A DNA stretch of 62,190 nucleotides, counting the filler, from Dugesia japonica (Eukaryota): assembly GCA_001938525.1 (NCBI GenBank). It is 5 parts of 5 records of this genome, joined end to end, with 100 filler letters (N's around TTAATTAATTAA, not from the genome) between each part and the next. Parts side by side here need not be neighbours in the genome. Positions count along the whole stretch, not along the records: positions 39,672 to 52,293 come from MQRL01632526.1; 4 more parts are not named here. One strand, written 5' to 3'. The position numbers were made by a program, and so were the translations under genes. Of this stretch, positions 39,939 through 52,393 are shown one piece after another; the first letter of the stretch is position 1; the number at the start of each line of letters is the position of its first letter. A model generated the notes under the pieces. The model ran no database searches. It had not been told where the DNA came from and saw only the letters and a list, made by a program, of their open reading frames with translations.

Positions 39939-40939
39939 ATATAATTAATTTATGAATTAAGTTAGTTAAATGAAGTAATCATTAAATTAATTAGCTATGG
40001 TAATTAGATTTGTGGGTACATTGTATTGTCTTTATGAGTGTATTATATTTTGTTTATTTAGAGTTTTGAATGTTTCTTTAGTTTATTAAGTATATTTGAC
40101 TTAGATTATAAGGCGTATTATGCTTGCAATGTTTATTGGCTTTATGAATATATTGAATAGAGTAATCAAGTAATCTTCATGAAATAAATAGGTCGAATGT
40201 ACAGATTGCTTTTATTAAATTTGATAAATCGATAGATTATATTGAATGTATTAAATTGATTGAGTATATTATGTCTTATTTGTATCAAATAATTGAAAGT
40301 GGTAATTTTATTGAATGTATCAAGTTAATTTTATTAAGCTGGTGTCAAGCATTTATGTTAGATTATAATTTATCGTGTGATTTATGTAACCTTTATATGT
40401 GCGGTTAATATTTTAACAAAGGATTTCAAATTTTTATGTTAGAAGATTACAATTTAGTGTAATGGATTCTAAATTTTGAATTTTTCATGTTAAGCATTAA
40501 TTTTATGTGTTTGATTGCAATTTTATTTTATTGGTTTCGAATCTTTATGTATTGTTTTAGAGTTTTGTATAATGAATTATAATTTTATTGTGTGGATTCA
40601 AAATATTTTTATAATTAGTTGTAAATTTTGTGTGATGGTTTTGAATTTTTATGTTTTAGTTTAGGTTTTTTGTATGATTGTTTACAAATTTTATGTATTG
40701 TTGTGGTATTAGTTTAAATTTTTAAGTAAAATTTAAAAAAAATTAATCAAATAAAAATTAAATACCATCTAGGAAAATTTATTAACCAAAAAGGTGCAAA
40801 ATTAAAATGCTAACCTGAAACAAAAATTTTAAGAACATGAGACCAAAATTAAATATAAACTAGAAGAAATTCATAAAAAACTACCCTGTAAAAATAATCT
40901 ATGTGCAAATTCTATAATAAACCCATGAAAAATCTTATA

Positions 40940-41830
40940 TAAGATACTGTTGAAAATCTATCGATAAAAAATTTGTATATCATCGGCGAAAAATCGAAAA
41001 ATACCAACAGAGTAAAAAATACCACTGTAAAATCTATTTATAAAAAAAATTAAATACTACGGAGGAAAAAAAATTGATCTACAAATTATATAAAAAATTA
41101 CATACCACCGAGAAAAAAATTCTTCTATAAAAAATTTAACTACTTAAAAATTAACTATTAAAAATAAACTACTTTAACTTAACGAATTAAAATACTACTG
41201 GTGAAAATTTTATATAAAATATTTAATTCTAAAATTAACTTCTAAAAATCAAATACCTAAAAATATTACCGGGGAAAGTCTTATATAAAAAATTTGATTC
41301 TAAATTTAACTTCTGAAAATATTTTAAAATACCTACAGAGTCAAAAATATCACTGTTTAAAATCCATAAATTAAATACCACTGAAAAAACTTAAAATAAG
41401 CCGGTGAAAATCTTAAATAAAAAATTTAACTACTTAAAAATCAACGACATAAACTTAACAGATTAAAATATATTGGTCTCATAAAATTTATTTCTATGAA
41501 AAATTACTCAATGTAAAATTTAACCAATGTAAACTTACTCTTTGTTAAAATCTTATAGAAAAAATTATAGAGTAAAACTTAACTACTTAAAATTTATTGA
41601 AAAAATCAACTAATTGAAAATTAACCTATTAAAATTATAGAGGGAAAATTACTCTATCTTAAAATTCTAAAATAAATTACTAAAATCTTATTTAGAAAAT
41701 TTAATATCACTTGAAAAATAAACTGTAAAATTTAACCTAATTTAAATTATCCTAGAAAAAATCCTAAAGTAAAATTAACTATAAAAAGTTATTCGAGTAA
41801 AATTCTTATATAACACTTTATGGAAATTCC
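40940..41830 (+). repeat. Degenerate A-rich minisatellite
   Basis: Recurrent AAATACyACyG..AAAA and AAAATTwAACT.. units. Confidence 0.6.
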
Positions 41831-42401
41831 CTAATTTTTATTATTATGTTGTATTAGTATTTAATATTATTATTGTATTATTGTATTTATTATTATTATT
41901 ATTATTGATTATATGTTTCGTGTTATATGTATAATTTATTGTATTTCTAATTGTGCTTTAATTTATAATTATTATTTCTTATTTATAAAAAAGTATGAGA
42001 ATTAAAAATTAATGTTTAATGTAAATTAAATTGAAATATTTAACCAAGGAAAATTTTCCTTATGTAAATTAAAATAATTTTAAAATAAAAAATGCTCTCA
42101 AAATTCAAAATTAGAAAAAATCTAAAAAATTCGAATTAGCACACAAAAGGTACGAGCAAAAGTTATGTAATCGCACATAAATTTTGTTCGTTGCCTATTT
42201 ACATTTTAAATTTTCGAAATCACTTAAGTAATCACACACACATGTGTGCTGCCACCTATTTAAATTGGAAAATACCAGATCACTTTTTACACACAAGGGG
42301 GGATGATCCCTGTTTTCCCTGCACTGTTTTTGAAGATGATACCCAAAAATATTCTGAAATTCCCCTCGACCAATTAGATCTGGTATTAATTTCTCTACTA
42401 T

Positions 42402-42600
42402 TGTTGGGGTTTTTTCTATGTGGGCTGATTTTTTATAATCAAGTCTAGGGTGATCGGCCTAGTTAACCCCACGAAGAATTTAATCTGGCGTCCCCAAAAA
42501 TTCAGATCATNNNNNNNNNNNNNNNNNNNNNNNNNNNNNNNNNNNNNNNNNNNTCCTTTGGTTTGGGATCATATTTCATAATACTCGCTTGATTTTTAAA
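42402..42600 (+). repeat. Dispersed ~250-bp repeat, copy 4
   Basis: TGTTGGGG..GTGGGCTGATTTTTT..AAGTCTAG..CGAAGAATTTAATCTG matches copy 1. Confidence 0.8.
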
Positions 42601-42779
42601 TCATACTTGATTCTTACTTTTTATTCTCCTAGTAACTCTTATTTTATTCGTTTCTATTTTAGTGTATTATCTATTTTAATCGAAGTTAATCATAATTTTT
42701 CTAGTTTATGGTTCAATTAATCAATAAAAAATAAAAAGAAACGAGTTTTTTACAATGAAAAATATATTATAAATTTTAC

Positions 42780-45700
42780 TGTCACTTGTACACGAATTTA
42801 ACAATTATAATAAGTAAAACAACTAACATGACCTGAATCCCGATCCGGAGCAAGCATAGCATGTGAATTGGCATCATTTCAGTAGTCATTAATGATTCAA
42901 AAGGTCCTCCATAATCTTTTAATTTAGAGTCTAGCCGGAAATCGTTAGCACTAGTAATCAAATAGCAAAAATAATCACCTTCAGTGATAATTAAAAATTT
43001 TCCGTTCAACTTTAGTATTTTCTTGATAAAAAGGAATATAGTTTGGTGCAAATTACATCGGTATTTATACCGGTTTCTCTTCACACCCTCATTCCTTCTA
43101 TTGGTTAATAATTGTTCTTGGCATTTTTTTTGGCCGGTTATTTTAATTTTATCACATGATTTCTTNNNNNNNNNNNNNNNNNNNNNNNNNNNNNNNNNNN
43201 NNNNNNNNNNNNNTCAATCTTAAGACCTTTATAACTTCTTTCTGGATCTTGTTACGATTTTCTAACTTGTATTTTTGAATTCCCTGATTTTACTTGTCCA
43301 TAACCTTCTTATCTGCCAATTTTAACTCATGCGAAAACCTTTATTTTTCTTATTTTTGACAAATCATTTATTTTCTGCTNNNNNNNNNNNNNNNNNNNNN
43401 NNNNNNNNNNNNNNNNNNNNNNNNNNNNNNNNNNNNNNNTTTATTTTCTTCATAAAATTTAATTATATGTACATTTCTTTGTTCTTCTGATCTAAATTTA
43501 ATTTAATTTCGCTGTTTTCTTCTACTAATTAATTNNNNNNNNNNNNNNNNNNNNNNNNNNNNNNNNNNNNNNNNNNNNNNNNNNTTCTTATCTGCCAATT
43601 TTAACTCATGCGAAAACCTTTATTTTTCTTATTTTTGACAAATCATTTATTTTCTGCTTCAAAATAAATCACTTTAATTTAAATGATTTATTTTATTTAA
43701 ATAAATAAATTATTTTATTTTATTTTCTTCATAAAATTTAATTATATGTACATTTCTTTGTTCTTCTGATCTAAATTTAATTTAATTTCGCTGNTTTCTT
43801 CTACTAATTAATTCATTAAATTTACTTTCTGTACGTTGATTATTCATTTCCCTTGACTTTCTTTTTTTCAGTTAATGAATTACTTTCTTCCGTTATTAAT
43901 TGCCCTTTCTTTGTTCTCTCAGTCTGTTTGTGTCGTCCAACATTTCTTTTCTCTTTTTGCGACTCAATAGGTTACGGATCATCCCCATATTCAGTTCCTT
44001 AATTTCGGTTTTTTCTTTAATTATTCCTTTTGGTAACTGGTCTGACTCCTTCTTTTGTCTGTATTCTTCGTTTTCTTTCTTGTGACATTCTTTTGAATTT
44101 CGAGTTTTCCTATCGCTGGTATATTTTCTATTTTCAGGTGTTTCATCCCAACACTATTATAAATGTTACTTATTTGCGGATCTCTGAAACTACAACTTCA
44201 ACACGTGTCTTTCCAATTGTCTCCAATGAGCTGTTATTCGCGCAATGAAATCATTTCTTGCTTTTGTCTAACATTTTTTATCCGAATCTATTAAATCCTC
44301 ATTACATTTATTCCTGTTCCTGTATTTAACAAAGAATCGAACTGTTCACCATTGATCATCACTTAAATGCCAAGTCTCCCTTNNNNNNNNNNNNNNNNNN
44401 NNNNNNNNNNNNNNNNNNNNNNNNNNNNNNNNTTTCTTCTACTAATTAATTCATTAAATTTACTTTCTGTACGTTGATTATTCATTTCCCTTGACTTTCT
44501 TTTTTTCAGTTAATGAATTACTTTCTTCCGTTATTAATTGCCCTTTCTTTGTTCTCTCAGTCTGTTTGTGTCGTCCAACATTTCTTTTCTCTTTTTGCGA
44601 CTCAATAGGTTACGGATCATCCCCATATTCAGTTCCTTAATTTCGGTTTTTTCTTTAATTATTCCTTTTNGTAACTGGTCTGACTCCTTCTTTTGTCTGT
44701 ATTCTTCGTTTTCTTTCTTGTGACATTCTTTTGAATTTCGAGTTTTCCTATCGCTGGTATATTTTCTATTTTCAGGTGTTTCATCCCAACACTATTATAA
44801 ATGTTACTTATTTGCGGATCTCTGAAACTACAACTTCAACACGTGTCTTTCCAATTGTCTCCAATGAGCTGTTATTCGCGCAATGAAATCATTTCTTGCT
44901 TTTGTCTAACATTTTTTATCCGAATCTATTAAATCCTCATTACATTTATTCCTGTTCCTGTATTTAACAAAGAATCGAACTGTTCACCATTGATCATCAC
45001 TTAAATGCCAAGTCTCCCTTACATTTTGTCATATGAAATTTCTAGGTTCTTTTTTTCTTCAATTGTTCTTATTACTTATGCTTTGTTAAGTTTCGCATAA
45101 TTGATACTTCCTCATTTTAGGAATCTGTGAACGTTTTCTGTACTTTTGCTCATTTCATTCTATTTCTCGATATCCTGAGGATAATCAAACAGCATTTTGT
45201 TTCATGAATGGCTGCCTGGTCTTTTGGGTATTCTCTACTTAGATCTTCATTTTCTATTATGCTCCTAGAAAATATCTCGAAATTTTCATCATCATCCTCT
45301 TCTTGAATGGCATGGATTTGTTTATTACGACTTTAATCTTTTGTTTTGTTGTCAGCTTTTAAAATTAAATCTTCCCTCTTCTAGTTTTGGTTTGTTAATG
45401 TTTGAAAAACATTATTCTGCTCTGTGACCTGGTCTTTTACATCTACCGCATACAATATCTGTGGACATACTTCTAATATGTTCAATCTTACCGCATTCAA
45501 AACATTTTGATGGTTTTTTGATGGTTTTTTGTATGCACATAACTCTGGCATGGCCAACACTGGGGTTCTGTTCTTTTCGTAACTCTCTTGATATTTTTTC
45601 TCCTCTATCAGAAACGTTCTCCACGTGGTACACCTGCGTAACTCTTTACTACGTTAATAGACTCTATTTTTTCTATTTTTCAACTAATGATAGTGTTTCT

Positions 45701-46660
45701 TTTATATNTTCTACTTTCTCCAATTTTCGCATGATTATCTCTTCTTCTGCTTTTTTACTATCTGCACCAATTACTAGAATTTTTTAACAAGAGTTTTACC
45801 TTTTTAAACTCCTCGTTTGCTAAAGATTTATCGACGAAGTCTTCCACTTTTTAAAGAACACCTCAAATTCTTCACAACCACGTNNNNNNNNNNNNNNNNN
45901 NNNNNNNNNNNNNNNNNNNNNNNNNNNNNNNNNTTTTTGTATGCACATAACTCTGGCATGGCCAACACTGGGGTTCTGTTCTTTTCGTAACTCTCTTGAT
46001 ATTTTTTCTCCTCTATCAGAAACGTTCTCCACGTGGTACACCTGCGTAACTCTTTACTACGTTAATAGACTCTATTTTTTCTATTTTTCAACTAATGATA
46101 GTGTTTCTTTTATATNNNNNNNNNNNNNNNNNNNNNNNNNNNNNNNNNNNNNNNNNNNNNNNNNNNNNNNNNNNNNNNNNNNNNNNNNNNNNNNNNNNNN
46201 NNNNNNNNNNNNNNNNNNNNNNNNNNNNNNNNNNNNNNNNNNNNNNNNNNNNNNNNNNNNNNNNNNNNNNNNNNNNNNNNNNNNNNNNNNTCAATAGCTG
46301 ACAAGATTATGTAAATCTTTTATTACATCTCTCTTGCTCTCAAAAGCTAATCGCAATCTCTCCCGATACTCATACGCTTTCTTCAATGTTTTAAATATGC
46401 TTCCATTAAATCTTCCTAAAGCATTCATGTTATCAAACGCTCCTGTTCTGCCTTAATAACGATGTTCTTTGCCTCGAAGTATATTTTACATAGTTTAATA
46501 AACTTCTCTAGATTCTCGCCTCTGCAAAATATTTTTGGCAACAATTACTCTGTGATGGCATCGCTGCTTACCACTGCCACCATGTTAGATAGGTTTGGAG
46601 AACTCATCAGATAATTAATATAAAAACGTGATTCCATAAAAACATTTATTCTCAAACGAA
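42780..46660 (-). mobile_element. Ty3/gypsy relic with a 5' LTR end and tRNA-Leu-like primer-binding site
   Basis: The LTR end ...CCTATCTAACA at 46583 is followed by the PBS TGGTGGCAGTGGT. Gag knuckles CFECGKIEHIRSM..CGRCKRPGHRAE are near-identical to the 28.6-kb copy. Outer limits are approximate, and the region contains assembly duplications. Confidence 0.8.
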
Positions 46661-48659
46661 ACCATAAACATAAATTTGCTTTTTTCAAACAAATTTAAAA
46701 ATTCATAGTTGAAAGCGAAAAATATTAAATATCAGCAGTTGTTAAATTTATTAATTTTAAAGCTTTATTACCAAATGTTAAAATACACTAAAAATGCATA
46801 TTTTATTTATTTAAGTTTATATTTTATTCTTCTGATACAAATTGTAAATACAAATTTGACTTTAATGAATGTCACCTTAAAACACAAAAAATTAAATCTG
46901 TTTAAAAAAACTATCTTATATATATTATTTCAAATTATATTGTCAGCTACTAACTTTGGAAACGAAAATTCGAAGAAACAATGAAGATCTCGTGAAAATA
47001 TGGAATTACATTGAAATNTAATTCCTTCAGAAAACAACGTTAATATGTGCATTATTTCTATTATTTATTTACTTTATTATTCTTTTATTTTAATTATTGA
47101 TTTTTCAATATTGTCAAAGGAATAATTGAATAATTATTTCCATCATAAAATGAATATACTGGAGATTGGGATTATTGGACAGATCTCAAAAATTTACTCA
47201 ACATAGTTGCTGAGAAATTAATAGAACATTACTAACAAGAACAGTTAGATTCATCATAACCGAGGACTATACCAGATNCCGATTAAAAAGTAAATTTTAA
47301 GACGTTCTTGAAGAAATTCAAAACGAACCAAATTTCAAGTTGTGAACAAAAAAACGGCCATTAAAGATGATTGATAGCGTAAACAATGTAATCGTTTTTT
47401 TTAAATAAAAAGGTTAGTTGATAAATGAAATAGATTTTACATGTTTAAGAAGAATTTATTTAATAAAAAATTTACTACACAAAAAAATGTTACTTACCTA
47501 AAAAGAATTATTTCTTTTATAACAAGTATTAATTACATATAAAAAATAAATACATAATAAAGTCAAAAATACAAGTTCGTATACAATTATTTGATGTTCT
47601 TTCTTTATCTTTGATTTTCCATATGACACCAGTTGAATTTATCAACTTTTTATATACTAATATTTTTACTTGAATCATTCATTCATAATTATTTAGGTTC
47701 CACTTATTANNNNNNNNNNNNNNNNNNNNNNNNNNNNNNNNNNNNNNNNNNNNNNNNNNNNNNNNNNNNNNNNNNNNNNNNNNNNNNNNNNNNNNNNNNN
47801 NNNNNNNNNNNNNNNNNNNNNNNNNNNNNNNNNNNNNNNNNNNNNNNNNNNNNNNNAAAAAAATTAATAAAATTACTTTAAAGTCATAAATAATTGAATT
47901 CCTAATGAAAAACATCTTATGATGCTGGAAATCTGTAATGTGTCAAAATTTCAAAGTAATTGATAAGAGATTGTCTATAGTAAGTAAATTTTCTTGCATT
48001 TTTTGTTTTTAAAAGTGATTAACTTTATGAAAACCACTGCCTATATACTTTCTGCGATGCATTCACATATGTCATTTGCATGTTTCTATTAGTTGAGGTT
48101 TTTTTTAATTGACATGATTGATTGTTATGAAAGGTATGAAACACGANNNNNNNNNNNNNNNNNNNNNNNNNNNNNNNNNNNNNNNNNNNNNNNNNNNNNN
48201 NNNNNNNNNNNNNNNNNNNNNNNNNNNNNNNNNNNNNNNNNNNNNNNNNNNNNNNNNNNNNNNNNNNNNNNNNNNNNNNNNNNNNNNNNNNNNNNNNNNN
48301 NNNNNNNNNNNNTCCGAAAAATTAAATGTACTGAGATTAATCGAACAAAATATCAAGACATATTTTCCTTCTTCAACCATGATTTTTGAAATTCATACCT
48401 ACATATCAAAATATATAAACCAACCCTTTTTTATCAAACTAACCTTTCTTTAGAAGATTTCTGATCGGATTGCGCTTTGTTAGTCTCTCTTCACCCATTT
48501 CTGAAGTGAATGATAACCGGTTACAAAAAATATGTTGTCTGCAACAATATTAAGCATCGATGGTCATGGTGCGGTCATGGTTACGATTCAAGAAGCATTT
48601 GGCCACGGAGTAATAATCATGAGGCCCTATGAGTATTAGTCAAAGGGCATGACGAGACA

Positions 48660-49636
48660 AAATTGTTACTAAATTGGAAAGATTGGACGGCATACATACC
48701 AGTAGAGGGTCAAGCAATTCAGTTTAACATGAAACATTGGAGGATGGAAACGGCACAGGAATGCCAAGGAAAACATCACAAGNNNNNNNNNNNNNNNNNN
48801 NNNNNNNNNNNNTTTGAAATAAGACATTTGCGTAACATTCTAATCTACTATATAGTCGATAACCATCACCAAAAAGGATTGACAATGATAAGAAAAGCAA
48901 GTGAAAGCTTAAAAATCTGCCAGCAGAATGAGTACACATACACTATCCAATTTTGGAAAAATGTGAAAAAGGAAACAACAGACGAAAGAAAAAAGCGGAT
49001 ATTATTGGAGGAAATAAGTATAGCCATAAGACCGAGGAAAAGGGTTAAACGTCGTAACTATATATCGTAACTACAGCAAAACCATATTTGCATTCCAAGA
49101 AGATGATGTTATGCATTTGGTAGGATTGGAAGGGAATTAATTTTTACGAGTTACTTCCAAGTTGTCAGATTATCAATGTAGATAGGTATTGTTATCGGCT
49201 AGAAAAATTGAAGGAGTCGACGCTGAAGAAACGTCCAGAAATGGCGAACAGAAAATATGTAGTATATCAAAACAACGCTAAACCACATACTGGTTTGTCA
49301 ACCAAACAAAAATTAAATGATCTTAGCTGGGGAAAATGCAGCATCCATCGTACTCACCAGATCTAGCATCTTTAGATTTCTATCTATTCCGATCGCTTCA
49401 AAATAGTTTGAACACTCAAGGATTTCATTCAACGAATGAGTGTTTAGAGAATTTCTTTTTTGAAAAGCCCCAACGTTTTTATGAAGCTGGCATAATGAGC
49501 TTACGACAAAGTTGGCAACATATAATAAATAGGCAACAGTAGTCAATATTTNTTTGAATAAAATAAACATTTATATGTTATAACTTTGACTTTAAATTTT
49601 GATGAAAATAATTCAAAACTTATTACACAACACAAT
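48660..49636 (+). mobile_element. mariner transposase relic
   Basis: KKMMLCIW*DWKG.NFYELLP, NNAKPH and HPSYSPDLASLDFYLFRSLQNSL. Right end ...AACTTATTACACAACACAA followed by TA. Confidence 0.88.
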
Positions 49637-50089
49637 ATACTTCTAACAATCCTTTAAAATTTAACCTTCAAAAAATACATCAATAACCCATCAAAGCTAC
49701 CCAAAATCAGAACCGTCACTGCGCTAACACCCTATCTTTCCAAAAACACTAAATTCATTCAAATCAATCAACTATCCTCAACACTAGACACTTTTTTACG
49801 CAGATGTTAGATAACTCATTGCTACGTGATCTCATGCACTAAAAATTTGACTGGCCTTTAGCGTACTTAATACCATAAGTCATTTAATCAATACATAGGT
49901 TATATAATGGGTTCGTGACATGCACTCACATCTACCTACAACTGTGGACTACATTAATTTTACCTTGAAATGTTTCGACAAATCAAAGTCGAGTCTACTA
50001 AGCCACTTTGATTTTGACGTAAGAGGTGTTGTCTAGCGCAAAGGTATCTACCTACTCTCGTCCAAGAAAGTTCTCATATGATTGAAAAA

Positions 50090-50290
50090 ATAACGTATAA
50101 GTGTGTCTGGCAAGTATGCAAGGTGAAGCAGAGTTTCATAGCTTATTGGATTAATTTCTGTAGAGTAGATTTTTTACGTGTGACTAGGTATTATCATGTA
50201 AAAGTAGAGGTGTCTTTCTGTCGACAGAAGCCGGATAGCTGAACTTCAGTTTTTAATTTATGTCATCAGTTTGTTCATAGTATACTTTTT
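50090..50290 (-). mobile_element. mariner catalytic-domain fragment
   Basis: PLLLHDNT*SHVKKSTLQKL..YETLLHLAYLPD. Confidence 0.65.
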
Positions 50291-50670
50291 TGTTCATCTT
50301 TTCTAAAAATGTCAGAAAATCTTTTCTTAAATAAAGTTTTTATTGAAATACTTTAATGGAAAAATACGCTTCCATATGAATAGTAAACCAAAGTTTTTTT
50401 TTTAAAAATATCATCAAAAAAACTTCAAAAACCAACATTTAATTTTTTATATTTTGTTAATAAAATTAAAAGTAATAATAATATTATGCATATTTTATAT
50501 ACATAATGTATATTCATTTATAATTATTATATATTATTTTTATGAATATCTTCTACAAATACAACAAAATTACGAAAAGCTATATTAATCTGATTTGTAA
50601 ATAAATTTGTTTTAACAATATACTTTCTATCACGTTTTAATTAGTTACATTTTTAAAATAGTAAAATAAA

Positions 50671-51701
50671 ATGCCATCCAAAACTGTTGAATGCCAAGAA
50701 AAATACGACAAATCAATTGTTAATAAAAAATGGATTATTTACGTGATTTTATTTATTGCCGAAGTAGAAATGTTGTTTTATAGTGGGATATTATATGGAC
50801 TAAATGTTTTAATTCCTTCATTAATAAAAGAAAAATATTTTTACTCTAAATGTAGCCTAGAAATGAGAACAGATAATTCTACGTGTTTTANNNNNNNNNN
50901 NNNNNNNNNNNNNNNNNNNNNNNNNNNNNNNNNNNNNNNNCTGTTGAATGCCAAGAAAAATACGACAAATCAATTGTTAATAAAAAATGGATTATTTACG
51001 TGATTTTATTTATTGCCGAAGTAGAAATGTTGTTTTATAGTGGGATATTATATGGACTAAATGTTTTAATTCCTTCATTNNNNNNNNNNNNNNNNNNNNN
51101 NNNNNNNNNNNNNNNNNNNNNNNNNNNNNNNNNNNNNNNNNNNNNNNNNNNNNNNNNNNNNNNNNNNNNNACTTTAATCACAGGCATCACTGGGTTTAGT
51201 ATGTCGTCTTTACCACTGGGTATTTTTTACGACAAATTTGGTTTCAAATATACAAAAATCTTTGCTTCTTTATTGTTTTTCTTTGGTGCTTTGTTTTTTG
51301 CTTTGAGCTCAATTGCACAAAATGAATTAATTTTTCCTGGCATGTTGATTTTGGGTATTGCTGCCCAAGCATTGGCAGTTGGTAATTTACCACTGGGAAG
51401 TTTAGTTCCGAAAGTTCAAACTTTAATTGTAGCTTTGTATGTTGGATCTTTCGATACTTCAGTCATTGTTTTCATTTTCATTAATTTAAATTACTTAGCT
51501 GGGTTTAGTTTTTTCGCTTCATTTATTATAATGGCTGTAACAGGAATAATTTTAATGGAGCTCGATGCTTTTCTATTAATGGGTGCAGCTGATCAATTAA
51601 GATTGGAAACTATTAGCAAACCAGTAAAAAGTAATAAGGTAGAAGATATTCCAAATAAACAAGACCCTGAACAGTCACCGGATTCGGCAGTGAAAGAATT
51701 A
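50671..51701 (+). CDS. SLC43 family (SLC43A3/LAT3-like) MFS transporter, first exon (partial gene; contains gaps and an assembly duplication)
   Basis: Hydrophobic multi-TM ORF with EMLFYSGILYG..LIKEKYF..C, LPLGIFYDKFG and GNLPLGSLVPKVQTLIVALYVGSFDTSVIVFIFI (cf. the recalled SLC43A3 TIITLYNGAFDSS.VFLII). Probable donor GT at 51702 before a TTA-rich tract. Confidence 0.8.
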
Positions 51702-51899
51702 GTATTATTATTATTATTTTTTTTTTATTATTCTTTTTATTATTATTATTATCAGTATTATTATTATTATAATTATTATTTTATCGATTCCTTATTCTGA
51801 AGATTTTACAATGTTTAAGTATTCGATTCTGAAGATACTAAGGATCTACCTTTATTATACATTATTTTTACATTATATTAAATTATTAATCACTTTGTT

Positions 51900-52205
51900 A
51901 AAAAATCTCATACACCGATTGGTTTGTGTTCAAACCATGTATATGAATTTAAACGTAATGGGTCTGATCGTACATACATTAAAAAGACTATCCATCATAT
52001 CAAGAACAACCTAATCTGTCGAGGTAGTAATATTGCCGAGCATAAATATAAATGTAATGATAATGTTGACATTTTGAATTTTAAACTTTTGTATAAAAAA
52101 TTTCAAAATTATTGTGAGAAATTGTATAAAGGATTGTCGATTAGATTTCATAATCCTAGTATTGTATCCGTGAGGTTGTTATCAATTGTGAAAAAAAACA
52201 GATGA
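51900..52205 (+). mobile_element. Penelope-like GIY-YIG endonuclease fragment
   Basis: SNHVYEFKRNGSDRTYIKKT..H...SNIAEHKYKC...NFKLL...GLSIRFHNPSI, a decayed VY.F.C..C...YIG.T...H pattern. Confidence 0.65.
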
Positions 52206-52293
52206 ATTATTTGTTTATCGAACCGAAATTAATTAAAATTAAATTGAAAATATTTTAAAAGAAAATTTTAATATATATATATATATATATATA

Positions 52294-52393
52294 NNNNNNN
52301 NNNNNNNNNNNNNNNNNNNNNNNNNNNNNNNNNNNNNTTAATTAATTAANNNNNNNNNNNNNNNNNNNNNNNNNNNNNNNNNNNNNNNNNNNN
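52294..52393. other. Artificial contig linker
   Basis: N44-TTAATTAATTAA-N44, following a (TA)n tract. Confidence 0.95.

Noticed and set aside
40940-41830. Repeat-spacer-like pattern suggestive of a CRISPR array
   Set aside because: Units are degenerate, variable and low-complexity in a eukaryotic context with no cas genes. It is a minisatellite.
43305-46115. Near-identical tandem duplications (43305-43534 vs 43585-43814; 43795-44382 vs 44433-45020; 45534-45707 vs 45934-46115)
   Set aside because: Each abuts an N gap and is essentially identical, typical of uncollapsed overlaps during gap filling.
46590-46612. CTGATGAG..CAAAC in the gypsy LTR end resembling a hammerhead core
   Set aside because: It lacks the GAAA box, and the second copy near 30010 reads CCGATGA.
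50685-51079. Apparent duplicated first TM segment of the SLC43-like gene
   Set aside because: Identical copy flanked by N gaps, so most likely an assembly artefact rather than an exon duplication.
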